64,000 nt of DNA from Eledone cirrhosa (lineage: Eukaryota). The stretch covers positions 21,638,001-21,702,000 of the forward strand of contig OZ024743.1 in the NCBI GenBank assembly GCA_964016885.1, written 5' to 3'. The position numbers and the translations under genes are program-made. Under the pieces are notes generated by a model, which searched no databases, was not told the DNA's origin, and saw only the letters and a list, made by a program, of their open reading frames with translations. Position 1 is the stretch's first letter; the number at the start of each line of letters is the position of its first letter. This document shows, one piece after another, positions 1 to 15,000 of this stretch.

Positions 1-3000
1 GTAAGAATACAGTGCTGGGCAGAGGTGAGAACACTATGGTAGCTGGATTATTAAACCATTTATATATAATAGTAAAAATACAGTGCTGGGCAGAGGTGAG
101 AACACTGTGGTAGCTGGATTATTAAACCATTTATATATAATAGTAAAAATACAGTGCTGGGCAGAGGTGAGAACACTATGGTAGCTGGATTATTAAACCA
201 TTTATATATAATAGTAAAAATACAGTGCTGGGCAGAGGTGAGAACACTGTGGTAGCTGGATTATTAAACCATTTATATATAATAGTAAAAATACAGTGCT
301 GGGCAGAGGTGAGAACACTATGGTAGCTGGATTATTAAACCATTTATATATAATAGTAAAAATAGAGTGCTGGGCAGAGGTGAGAACATTATCGTAGCTG
401 GATTATTAAACCATTTATATATAATAGTAAAAATGGAGTGCTGGGCAGAGGTGAGAACACTATGGTAGCTGGATTATTAAACCATTTATATATAATAGTA
501 AAAATACAGTGCTGGGCAGAGGTGAGAACACTATGGTAGCTGGATTATTAAACCATTTATATATAATAGTAAAAATAGAGTGCTGGGCAGAGGTGAGAAC
601 ACTATGGTATCTGGATTATTAAACCATTTATATATAATAGTAAAAATACAGTGTTGGGCAGAGGTGAGAACACTGTGGTAGCTGCATTATTAAACCACTT
701 ATATATAATAGTAAAAATAGAGTGCTGGGCAGAGGTGAGAACACTATGGTAGCTGGATTATTATACCATTTATATATAATAGTAAAAATAGAGTGCTGGG
801 CAGAGGTGAGAACACTATGGAAGCAGGATTATTAAACCATTTATATATAATAGTAAAAATACAGTGCTGGGCAGAGGTGAGAACACTATGGTAGCAGGAT
901 TATTAAACCATTTATATATAATAGTAAAAATAGAGTGCTGGGCAGAGGTTAGAACACTATGGTAGCGGAATTATTAAACCATTTATATATAATAGTAAAA
1001 ATACAGTGCTGGGCAGAGGTGAGAACACTATGGTAGCCGGATTATTATACCATTTATATATAATAGTAAAAATACAGTGCTGGGCAAATGTGAGACACTA
1101 TGATAGCTGGATTATTAAACCATTTATATATAATAGTAAAAATAGAGTGCTGGGCAGAGGTGAGAACATTATGGTAGCTGGATTATTAAACCATTTATAT
1201 ATAATAGTAAAAATAGAGTGCTGGGCAGAGGTAAGAACACTATGGTAGCTGGATTATTAAACCATTTATATACAATAGTAAAAATACAGTGCTGGGTAGA
1301 GGTGAGAACACTATGGTAGCTGGATTATTAAACCATTTATATATAATAGTAAAAATACAGTGCTGGGCAGAGGTGAGAACACTGTGGTAGCTGGATTATT
1401 AAACCATTTATATATAATAGTAAAAATAGAGTGCTGGGCAGAGGTGAGAACACTATGGTAGCAGGATTATTAAACCATTTATTTATAATAGTAAAAATAC
1501 AGTGCTGGGCAGAGGTGAGAACACTGTGGTAGCTGGATTATTAAACCATTTATATACAATAGTAAAAATACAGTGCTGGGTAGAGGTGAGAACACTATGG
1601 TAGCTGGATTATTAAACCATTTATATATAATAGTAAAAATACAGTGCTGGGCAGAGGTGAGAACACTGTGGTAGCTGGATTATTAAACCATTTATATATA
1701 ATAGTAAAAATACAGTGCTGGGCAGAGGTGAGAACACTATGGTAGCTGGATTATTAAACCATTTATATATAATAGTAAAAATACAGTGCTGGGCAGAGGT
1801 GAGAACACTGTGGTAGCTGGATTATTAAACCATTTATATATAATAGTAAAAATAGAGTGCTGGGCAGAGGTGAGAACACTGTGGTAGCTGCATTATTAAA
1901 CCACTTATATATAATATTAAAAATAGAGTGCTGGGCAGAGGTGAGAACACTATGGTAGCTGGATTATTATACCATTTATATATAATAGTAAAAATAGAGT
2001 GCTGGGCAGAGGTGAGAACACTATGGAAGCAGGATTATTAAACCATTTATATATAATAGTAAAAATACAGTGCTGGGAAAAGGTGAGACACTATGATAGC
2101 TGGATTATTAAACCATTTATATATAATAGTAAAAATAGAGTGCTGGGCAGAGGTGAGAACACTATGGTAGCCGGATTATTATACCATTTATATATAATAG
2201 TAAAAATACAGTGCTGGGCAAAGGTGAGACACTATGATAGCTGGATTATTAAACCATTTATGTATAATAGTAAAAATAGAGTGCTGGGCAGAGGTGAGAA
2301 CACTATGGTAGCAGGATTATTAAACCATTTATATATAATAGTAAAAATAGAGTGCTGGGTAGAGGTGAGAACACTATGGTAGCTGGATTATTAAACCATT
2401 TATATATAATAGTAAAAATAGAGTGCTGGGCAGAGGTAAGAACACTATGGTAGCTGGATTATTAAACCATTTATATATAATAGTAAAAATACAGTGCTGG
2501 GCAGAGGTGAGAACACTATGGTAGCTGGATTATTAAACCATTTATATATAATAGTAAAAATACAGTGCTGGGAAAAGGTGAGACACTATGATAGCTGGAT
2601 TATTAAACCATTTATATATAATAGTAAAAATAGAGTGCTGGGCAGAGGTGAGAACACTATGGTAGCTGGATTATTAAACCATTTATATATAATAGTAAAA
2701 ATAGAGCGCTGGGCAGAGGTGAGAACACTATGGTAGCTGGATTATTAAACCATTTATATATAATAGTAAAAATAGAGTGCTGGGCAGAGGTGAGAACACT
2801 ATGGTAGCTGGATTATTAAACCATTTATATATAATAGTAAAAATACAGTGCTGGGCAGAGGTGAGAACACTATGGTAGCTGGATTATTAAACCATTTATA
2901 TATAATAGTAAAAATAGAGTGCTGGGCAGAGGTGAGAACACTATGGTAGCTGGATTATTAAACCATTTATATATAATAGTAAAAATACAGTGCTGGGCAG

Positions 3001-6000
3001 AGGTGAGAACACTATGGTAGCTGTATTATTAAACCATTTATATATAATAGTAAAAATAGAGTGCTGGGCAGAGGTGAGAACACTATGGTAGCAGGATTAT
3101 TAGAACCATTTATATATAATAGTAAAAATAGAGTGCTGGGCAGAGGTGAGAACACTGTGGTAGCTGGATTATTAAACCATTTATATATAATAGTAAAAAT
3201 AGAGTGCTGGGCAGAGGTGAGAACACTATGGTAGCAGGATTATTAGAACCATTTATATATAATAGTAAAAATACAGTGCTGGGAAGAGGTGAGAACACTA
3301 TGGTAGCAGGATTATTAGAACCATTTATATATAATAGTAAAAATAGAGTGCTGGGCAGAGGTGAGAACACTATGGTACCTGGATTATTAAACCATTTATA
3401 TATAATAGTAAAAATACAGTGCTGGGCAGAGGTGAGAACACTGTGGTAGCTGGATTATTAAACCATTTATATATAATAGTAAAAATAGAGTGCTGGGCAG
3501 AGGTGAGAACACTATGGTAGCTGGATTATTAAACCATTTATATATAATAGTAAAAATAGAGTGCTGGGCAGAGGTGAGAACATTATCGTAGCTGGATTAT
3601 TAAACCATTTATATATAATAGTAAAAATAGAGTGCTGGGCAGAGGTGAGAACACTATGGTAGCTGGATTATTAAACCATTTATATATAATAGTAAAAATA
3701 CAGTGCTGGGCAGAGGTGAGAACACTATGGTAGCAGGATTATTAAACCATTTATATATAATAGTAAAAATACAGTGCTGGGCAGAGGTGAGAACACTATG
3801 GTAGCTGGATTATTAAACCATTTATATATAATAGTAAAAATACAGTGCTGGGCAGAGGTGAGAACACTATGGTAGCAGGATTATTAAACCATTTATATAT
3901 AATAGTAAAAATAGAGTGCTGGGCAAAGGTGAGACACTATGATAGCTGGATTATTAAACCATTTATATATAATAGTAAAAATAGAGTGCTGGGCAGAGGT
4001 GAGAACATTATGGTAGCTGGATTATTAAACCATTTATATATAATAGTAAAAATAGAGTGCTGGGCAGAGGTAAGAACACTATGGTAGCTGGATTATTAAA
4101 CCATTTATATATAATAGTAACAATACAGTGCTGTGTAGAGGTGAGAACACTATGGTAGCTGGATTATTAAACCATTTATATATAATAGTAAAAATAGAGT
4201 GCTGGGCAGAGGTAAGAACACTATGGTAGCTGGATTATTAAACCATTTATATATAATAGTAAAAATACAGTGCTGGGTAGAGGTGAGAACACTATGGTAG
4301 CTGGATTATTAAACCATTTATATATAATAGTAAAAATAGAGTGCTGGGCAGAGTTAAGAACACTATGGTAGCTGGATTATTAAACCATTTATATATAATA
4401 GTAAAAATAGAGTGCTGGGCAGAGGTGAGAACACTATGGTAGCTGGATTATTAAACCATTTATATATAATAGTAAAAATAGAGTGCTGGGCAGAGGTGAG
4501 AACACTGTGGTAGCTGGATTATTAAACCATTTATATATAATAGTAAAAATAGAGTGCTGGGCAGAGGTGAGAACACTATGGTAGCTGGATTATTAAACCA
4601 TTTATATATAATAGTAAAAATAGAGTTCTGGGCAGAGGTGAGAACACTATGGTAGCTGGATTATTAAACCATTTATATATAATAGTAAAAATACAGTGCT
4701 GGGCAGAGGTGAGAACACTATGGTAGCAGGATTATTAAACCATTTATATATAATAGTAAAAATAGAGTGCTGGGCAGAGGTTAGAACACTATGGTAGCGG
4801 AATTATTAAACCATTTATATATAATAGTAAAAATACAGTGCTGGGCAGAGGTGAGAACACTATGGTAGCCGGATTATTATACCATTTATATATAATAGTA
4901 AAAATACAGTGCTGGGCAAATGTGAGACACTATGATAGCTGGATTATTAAACCATTTATATATAATAGTAAAAATAGAGTGCTGGGCAGAGGTGAGAACA
5001 TTATGGTAGCAGGATTATTAAACCATTTATATATAATAGTAAAAATACAGTGTTGGGCAGAGGTGAGAACACTATGGTAGCAGGATTATTAAACCATTTA
5101 TATATAATAGTAAAAATACAGTGCTGGGCAGAGGTGAGAACACTATGGTAGCTGGATTATTAAACCATTTATATATAATAGTAAAAATACAGTGCTGGGC
5201 AGAGTTGAGAACACTATGGTAGCCGGATTATTAAACCATTTATATATAATAGTAAAAATACAGTGCTGGGCAAAGGTGAGACACTATGATAGCTGGATTA
5301 TTAAACCATTTATATATAATAGTAAAAATAGAGTGCTGGGCAGAGGTGAGAACATTATGGTAGCTGGATTATTAAACCATTTATATATAATAGTAAAAAT
5401 AGAGTGCTGGACAGAGGTAAGAACACTATAGTAGCTGGATTATTAAACCATTTATATATAATAGTAAAAATACAGTGCTGGGCAGAGGTGAGAACACTAT
5501 GGTAGCTGGATTATTAAACCATTTATATATAGTAGTAAAAATACAGTGCTGGGCAGGTGAGAACACTATGGTAGCCGGATTATTAAACCATTTATATATA
5601 ATAGTAAAAATACAGTGCTGGGCAAAGGTGAGACACTATGATAGCTGGATTATTAAACCATTTATATATAATAGTAAAAATAGAGTGCTGGGCAGAGGTG
5701 AGAACACTGTGGTAGCTGGATTATTAAACCATTTATATATAATAGTAAAAATACAGTGCTGGGCAGAGGTGAGAACACTATGGTAGCTGGATTATTAAAC
5801 CATTTATATATAATAGTAAAAATAGAGTGCTGGGCAGAGGTGAGAACACTGTGGTAGCTGGATTATTAAACCATTTATATATAATAGTAAAAATACAGTG
5901 CTGGGCAGAGGTGAGAACACTATGGTAGCAGGATTATTAAACCATTTATATATAATAGTAAAAATAGAGTGCTGGGCAGAGGTGAGAGCACTATGGTAGC

Positions 6001-9000
6001 TGGATTATTAAACCATTTAGATATAATAGTAAAAATACAGTGCTGGGCAAAGGTGAGACACTATGATAGCTGGATTATTAAACCATTTATATATAATAGT
6101 AAAAATAGAGTGCTGGGCAGAGGTGAGAACACTATGGTAGCTGGATTATTAAACCATTTATATATAATAGTAAAAATAGAGTGCTGGGCAGAGGTGAGAA
6201 TACTATGGTAGCTGGATTATTAAACCATTTATATATAATAGTAAAAATAGAGTGCTGGGCAGAGGTGAGAACACTGTGGTAGCTGCATTATTAAACCACT
6301 TATATATAATAGTAAAAATAGAGTGCTGGGCAGAGGTGAGAACACTGTGGTAGCTGCATTATTAAACCACTTATATATAATAGTAAAAATAGAGTGCTGG
6401 GCAGAGGTGAGAACACTGTGGGAGCTGCATTATTAAACCACTTATATATAATAGTAAAAATAGAGTGCTGGGCAGAGGTGAGAACACTGTGGTAGCTGGA
6501 TTATTAAACCATTTATATATAATAGTAAAAATACAGTGCTGGGCAGAGGTGAGAACACTATGGTAGCTGGATTATTAAACCATTTATATATAATAGTAAA
6601 AATACAGTGCTGGGCAGAGGTGAGAACACTGTGGTAGCTGGATTATTAAACCATTTATATATAATAGTAAAAATACAGTGCTGGGCAGAGGTGAGAACAC
6701 TATGGTAGCTGGATTATTAAACCATTTATATATAATAGTAAAAATAGAGTGCTGGGCAGAGGTGAGAACACTGTGGTAGCTGGATTATTAAACCATTTAT
6801 ATATAATAGTAAAAATACAGTGTTGGGCAGAGGTGAGAACATTATCGTAGCTGGATTATTAAACCATTTATATATAATAGTAAAAATGGAGTGCTGGGCA
6901 GAGGTGAGAACACTATGGTAGCTGGATTATTAAACCATTTATATATAATAGTAAAAATAGAGTGCTGGGCAGAGGTGAGAACACTATGGTATCTGGATTA
7001 TTAAACCATTTATATATAATAGTAAAAATGGAGTGCTGGGCAGAGGTGAGAACACTATGGTAGCTGGATTATTAAACCATTTATATATAATAGTAAAAAT
7101 GGAGTGCTGGGCAGAGGTGAGAACACTATGGTAGCTGGATTATTAAACCATTTATATATAATAGTAAAAATGGAGTGCTGGGCAGAGGTGAGAACACTAT
7201 GGTATCTGGATTATTAAACCATTTATATATAATAGTAAAAATGGAGTGCTGGGCAGAGGTGAGAACACTATGGTAGCTGGATTATTAAACCATTTATATA
7301 TAATAGTAAAAATAGAGTGCTGGGCAGAGGTGAGAACACTATGGTATCTGGATTATTAAACCATTTATATATAATAGTAAAAATACAGTGTTGGGCAGAG
7401 GTGAGAACACTGTGGTAGCTGCATTATTAAACCACTTATATATAATAGTAAAAATAGAGTGCTGGGCAGAGGTGAGAACACTATGGTAGCTGGATTATTA
7501 TACCATTTATATATAATAGTAAAAATAGAGTGCTGGGCAGAGGTGAGAACACTATGGAAGCAGGATTATTAAACCATTTATATATAATAGTAAAAATACA
7601 GTGCTGGGCAGAGGTGAGAACACTATGGTAGCAGGATTATTAAACCATTTATATATAATAGTAAAAATAGAGTGCTGGGCAGAGGTTAGAACACTATGGT
7701 AGCGGAATTATTAAACCATTTATATATAATAGTAAAAATACAGTGCTGGGCAGAGGTGAGAACACTATGGTAGCCGGATTATTATACCATTTATATATAA
7801 TAGTAAAAATACAGTGCTGGGCAAATGTGAGACACTATGATAGCTGGATTATTAAACCATTTATATATAATAGTAAAAATAGAGTGCTGGGCAGAGGTGA
7901 GAACATTATGGTAGCTGGATTATTAAACCATTTATATATAATAGTAAAAATAGAGTGCTGGGCAGAGGTAAGAACACTATGGTAGCTGGATTATTAAACC
8001 ATTTATATACAATAGTAAAAATACAGTGCTGGGTAGAGGTGAGAACACTATGGTAGCTGGATTATTAAACCATTTATATATAATAGTAAAAATACAGTGC
8101 TGGGCAGAGGTGAGAACACTGTGGTAGCTGGATTATTAAACCATTTATATATAATAGTAAAAATAGAGTGCTGGGCAGAGGTGAGAACACTATGGTAGCA
8201 GGATTATTAAACCATTTATTTATAATAGTAAAAATACAGTGCTGGGCAGAGGTGAGAACACTGTGGTAGCTGGATTATTAAACCATTTATATACAATAGT
8301 AAAAATACAGTGCTGGGTAGAGGTGAGAACACTATGGTAGCTGGATTATTAAACCATTTATATATAATAGTAAAAATACAGTGCTGGGCAGAGGTGAGAA
8401 CACTGTGGTAGCTGGATTATTAAACCATTTATATATAATAGTAAAAATACAGTGCTGGGCAGAGGTGAGAACACTATGGTAGCTGGATTATTAAACCATT
8501 TATATATAATAGTAAAAATACAGTGCTGGGCAGAGGTGAGAACACTGTGGTAGCTGGATTATTAAACCATTTATATATAATAGTAAAAATAGAGTGCTGG
8601 GCAGAGGTGAGAACACTGTGGTAGCTGCATTATTAAACCACTTATATATAATATTAAAAATAGAGTGCTGGGCAGAGGTGAGAACACTATGGTAGCTGGA
8701 TTATTATACCATTTATATATAATAGTAAAAATAGAGTGCTGGGCAGAGGTGAGAACACTATGGAAGCAGGATTATTAAACCATTTATATATAATAGTAAA
8801 AATACAGTGCTGGGAAAAGGTGAGACACTATGATAGCTGGATTATTAAACCATTTATATATAATAGTAAAAATAGAGTGCTGGGCAGAGGTGAGAACACT
8901 ATGGTAGCCGGATTATTATACCATTTATATATAATAGTAAAAATACAGTGCTGGGCAAAGGTGAGACACTATGATAGCTGGATTATTAAACCATTTATGT

Positions 9001-12000
9001 ATAATAGTAAAAATAGAGTGCTGGGCAGAGGTGAGAACACTATGGTAGCAGGATTATTAAACCATTTATATATAATAGTAAAAATAGAGTGCTGGGTAGA
9101 GGTGAGAACACTATGGTAGCTGGATTATTAAACCATTTATATATAATAGTAAAAATAGAGTGCTGGGCAGAGGTAAGAACACTATGGTAGCTGGATTATT
9201 AAACCATTTATATATAATAGTAAAAATACAGTGCTGGGCAGAGGTGAGAACACTATGGTAGCTGGATTATTAAACCATTTATATATAATAGTAAAAATAC
9301 AGTGCTGGGAAAAGGTGAGACACTATGATAGCTGGATTATTAAACCATTTATATATAATAGTAAAAATAGAGTGCTGGGCAGAGGTGAGAACACTATGGT
9401 AGCTGGATTATTAAACCATTTATATATAATAGTAAAAATAGAGCGCTGGGCAGAGGTGAGAACACTATGGTAGCTGGATTATTAAACCATTTATATATAA
9501 TAGTAAAAATAGAGTGCTGGGCAGAGGTGAGAACACTATGGTAGCTGGATTATTAAACCATTTATATATAATAGTAAAAATACAGTGCTGGGCAGAGGTG
9601 AGAACACTATGGTAGCTGGATTATTAAACCATTTATATATAATAGTAAAAATAGAGTGCTGGGCAGAGGTGAGAACATTATCGTAGCTGGATTATTAAAC
9701 CATTTATATATAATAGTAAAAATAGAGTGCTGGGCAGAGGTGAGAACACTATGGTAGCTGGATTATTAAAACATTTATATATAATAGTAAAAATAGAGTG
9801 CTGGGCAGAGGTGAGAACACTGTGGTAGCTGGATTATTAAACCATTTATATATAATAGTAAAAATAGAGTGCTGGGCAGAGGTGAGAACACTGTGGTAGC
9901 TGCATTATTAAACCACTTATATATAATAGTAAAAATAGAGTGCTGGGCAGAGGTGAGAACACTATGGTAGCTGGATTATTATACCATTTATATATAATAG
10001 TAAAAATAGAGTGCTGGGCAGAGGTGAGAACACTATGGAAGCAGGATTATTAAACCATTTATATATAATAGTAAAAATACAGTGCTGGGCAGAGGTGAGA
10101 ACACTATGGTAGCAGGATTATTAAACCATTTATATATAATAGTAAAAATACAGTGCTGGGCAGAGGTGAGAACACTATGGTAGCAGGATTATTAAACCAT
10201 TTATATATAATAGTAAAAATAGAGTGCTGGGCAGAGGTGAGAACACTGTGGTAGCTGGATTATTAAACCATTTATATATAATAGTAAAAATACAGTGCTG
10301 GGCAAAGGTGAGACACTATGATAGCTGGATTATTAAACCATTTATATATAATAGTAAAAATAGAGTGCTGGGCAGAGGTGAGAACATTATGGTAGCTGGA
10401 TTATTAAACCATTTATATATAATAGTAAAAATAGAGTGCTGGGCAGAGGTAAGAACACTATGGTAGCTGGATTATTAAACCATTTATATACAATAGTAAA
10501 AATACAGTGCTGGGTAGAGGTGAGAACACTATGGTAGCTGGATTATTAAACCATTTATATATAATAGTAAAAATACAGTGCTGGGCAGAGGTGAGAACAC
10601 TGTGGTAGCTGGATTATTAAACCATTTATATATAATAGTAAAAATACAGTGCTGGGCAGAGGTGAGAACACTATGGTAGCTGGATTATTAAACCATTTAT
10701 ATATAATAGTAAAAATAGAGTGCTGGGCAGAGGTGAGAACATTATCGTAGCTGGATTATTAAACCATTTATATATAATAGTAAAAATAGAGTGCTGGGCA
10801 GAGGTGAGAACACTATGGTAGCTGGATTATTAAACCATTTATATATAATAGTAAAAATAGAGTGCTGGGCAGAGGTGAGAACACTGTGGTAGCTGGATTA
10901 TTATACCATTTATATATAATAGTAAAAATAGAGTGCTGGGCAGAGGTGAGAACACTATGGTAGCTGGATTATTAAACCATTTATATATAATAGTAAAAAT
11001 AGAGTGCTGGGCAGAGGTGAGAACACTATGGAAGCAGGATTATTAAACCATTTATATATAATAGTAAAAATAGAGTGCTGGGCAGAGGTGAGAACACTAT
11101 GGTAGCAGGATTATTAAACCATTTATATATAATAGTAAAAATAGAGTGCTGGGCAGAGGTGAGAACACTATGGAAGCAGGATTATTAAACCATTTATATA
11201 TAATAGTAAAAATAGAGTGCTGGGCAGAGGTGAGAACACTATGGTAGCAGGATTATTAAACCATTTATTTATAATAGTAAAAATACAGTGCTGGGCAGAG
11301 GTGAGAACACTATGGTAGCGGAATTATTAAACCATTTATATATAATAGTAAAAATAGAGTGCTGGGCAGAGGTGAGAACACTGTGGTAGCTGCATTATTA
11401 AACCACTTATATATAATATTAAAAATAGAGTGCTGGGCAGAGGTGAGAACACTATGGTAGCTGGATTATTATACCATTTATATATAATAGTAAAAATACA
11501 GTGCTGGGCAGAGGTGAGAACACTATGGTAGCCGGATTATTATACCATTTATATATAATATTAAAAATACAGTGCTGGGCAAAGGTGAGACACTATGATA
11601 GCTGGATTATTAAACCATTTATATATAATAGTAAAAATAGAGTGCTGGGCAGAGGTGAGAACATTATGGTAGCTGGATTATTAAACCATTTATATATAAT
11701 AGTAAAAATAGAGTGCTGGGCAGAGGTAAGAACACTATGGTAGCTGGATTATTAAACCATTTATATACAATAGTAAAAATACAGTGCTGGGTAGAGGTGA
11801 GAACACTATGGTAGCTGGATTATTAAACCATTTATATATAATAGTAAAAATACAGTGCTGGGCAGAGGTGAGAACACTGTGGTAGCTGGATTATTAAACC
11901 ATTTATATATAATAGTAAAAATAGAGTGCTGGGCAGAGGTGAGAACACTATGGTAGCTGGATTATTAAACCATTTATATATAATATTAAAAATAGAGTGC

Positions 12001-15000
12001 TGGGCAGAGGTGAGAACACTATGGTAGCTGGATTATTATACCATTTATATATAATAGTAAAAATAGAGTGCTGGGCAGAGGTGAGAACACTATGGAAGCA
12101 GGATTATTAAACCATTTATATATAATAGTAAAAATACAGTGCTGGGCAGAGGTGAGAACACTATGGTAGCTGGATTATTAAACCATTTATATATAATAGT
12201 AAAAATAGAGTGCTGGGCAGAGGTGAGAACACTATGGAAGCAGGATTATTAAACCATTTATATATAATAGTAAAAATACAGTGCTGGGCAGAGGTGAGAA
12301 CACTATGGTAGCTGGATTATTAGAACCATTTATATATAATAGTAAAAATAGAGTGCTGGGCAGAGGTGAGAACACTATGGAAGCAGGATTATTAAACCAT
12401 TTATATATAATAGTAAAAATAGAGTGCTGGGCAGAGGTGAGAACACTATGGAAGCAGGATTATTAAACCATTTATATATAATAGTAAAAATACAGTGCTG
12501 GGTAGAGGTGAGAACACTATGGTAGCCGGATTATTATACCATTTATATATAATAGTAAAAATACAGTGCTGGGCAAAGGTGAGACACTATGATAGCTGGA
12601 TTATTAAACCATTTATATATAATAGTAAAAATAGAGTGCTGGGCAGAGGTAAGAACACTATGGTAGCTGGATTATTAAACCATTTATATATAATAGTAAA
12701 AATAGAGTGCTGGGCAGAGGTAAGAACATTATCGTAGCTGGATTATTAAACCATTTATATATAATAGTAAAAATAGAGTGCTGGGCAGAGGTGAGAACAC
12801 TATGGTAGCTGGATTATTAAACCATTTATATATAATAGTAAAAATACAGTGCTGGGCAGAGGTGAGAACACTGTGGTAGCTGCATTATTAAACCACTTAT
12901 ATATAATAGTAAAAATAGAGTGCTGGGTAGAGGTGAGAACACTATGGTAGCTGGATTATTATACCATTTATATATAATAGTAAAAATAGAGTGCTGGGCA
13001 GAGGTGAGAACACTATGGAAGCAGGATTATTAAACCATTTATATATAATAGTAAAAATACAGTGCTGGGCAGAGGTGAGAACACTATGGTAGCAGGATTA
13101 TTAAACCATTTATATATAATAGTAAAAATAGAGTGCTGGGCAGAGGTGAGAACACTATGGTAGCTGGATTATTAAACCATTTATATATAATAGTAAAAAT
13201 AGAGTGCTGGGCAGAAGTGAGAACATTATCGTAGCTGGATTATTAAACCATTTATATATAATAGTAAAAATACAGTGCTGGGCAGAGGTGAGAACACTAT
13301 GGTAGCAGGATTATTAAACCATTTATATATAATAGTAAAAATACAGTGCTGGGCAGAGGTGAGAACACTATGGTAGCTGGATTATTAAACCATTTATATA
13401 TAATAGTAAAAATAGAGTGCTGGGCAGAGGTGAGAACACTGTGGTAGCTGCATTATTAAACCACTTATATATAATGGTAAAAATAGAGTGCTGGGCAGAG
13501 GTGAGAACACTATGGTAGCTGGATTATTAAACCATTTATATATAATAGTAAAAATACAGTGCTGGGCAGAGGTGAGAACACTGTGGTAGCTGCATTATTA
13601 AACCACTTATATATAATAGTAAAAATAGAGTGCTGGGCAGAGGTGAGAACACTATGGTAGCTGGATTATTAAACCATTTATATATAATAGTAAAAATAGA
13701 GTGCTGGGCAGAGGTGAGAACACTGTGGTAGCTGGATTATTAAACCATTTATATATAATAGTAAAAATAGAGTGCTGGGCAGAGGTGAGAACACTGTGGT
13801 AGCTGGATTATTAAACCATTTATATATAATAGTAAAAATAGAGTGCTGGGCAGAGGTGAGAACACTATGGTAGCTGGATTATTAAACCATTTATATATAA
13901 TAGTAAAAATACAGTGCTGGGCAGAGGTGAGAACACTGTGGTAGCTGGATTATTAAACCATTTATATATAATAGTAAAAATAGAGTGCTGGGCAGAGGTG
14001 AGAACACTATGGTAGCTGGATTATTAAACCATTTATATATAATAGTAAAAATACAGTGCTGGGCAAAGGTGAGACACTATGATAGCTGGATTATTAAACC
14101 ATTTATATATAATAGTAAAAATAGAGTGCTGGGCAGAGGTGAGAACACTATGGTAGCTGGATTATTAAACCATTTATATATAATAGTAAAAATACAGTGC
14201 TGGGCAAAGGTGAGACACTATGATAGCTGGATTATTAAACCATTTATATATAATAGTAAAAATAGAGTGCTGGGCAGAGGTGAGAACACTATGGTAGCTG
14301 GATTATTAAACCATTTATATATAATAGTAAAAATACAGTGCTGGGCAAAGGTGAGACACTATGATAGCTGGATTATTAAACCATTTATATATAATAGTAA
14401 AAATACAGTGCTGGGCAGAGGTGAGAACACTGTGGTAGCTGGATTATTAAACCATTTATATATAATAGTAAAAATAGAGTGCTGGGCAGAGGTGAGAACA
14501 CTATGATAGCTGGATTATTAAACCATTTATATATAATAGTAAAAATACAGTGCTGGGTAGAGGTGAGAACACTATGATAGCTGGATTATTAAACCATTTA
14601 TATATAATAGTAAAAATACAGTGCTGGGCAGAGGTGAGAACACTGTGGTAGCTGGATTATTAAACCATTTATATATAATAGTAAAAATAGAGTGCTGGGC
14701 AGAGGTGAGAACATTATCGTAGCTGGATTATTAAACCATTTATATATAATAGTAAAAATAGAGTGCTGGGCAGAGGTGAGAACACTGTGGTAGCTGCATT
14801 ATTAAACCACTTATATATAATAGTAAAAATACAGTGCTGGGCAGAGGTGAGAACACTGTGGTAGCTGGATTATTAAACCATTTATATATAATAGTAAAAA
14901 TAGATTGCTGGGCAGAGGTGAGAACACTATGGTAGCTGGATTATTAAACCATTTATATATAATAGTAAAAATAGATTGCTGGGCAGAGGTGAGAACACTA

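Noticed and set aside
100-140. RSS/Transib-like heptamers CACTGTG/CACTATG in each monomer
   Set aside because: There is no ACAAAAACC-like nonamer at a 12- or 23-bp spacing on either strand, and no RAG or Transib ORF nearby.
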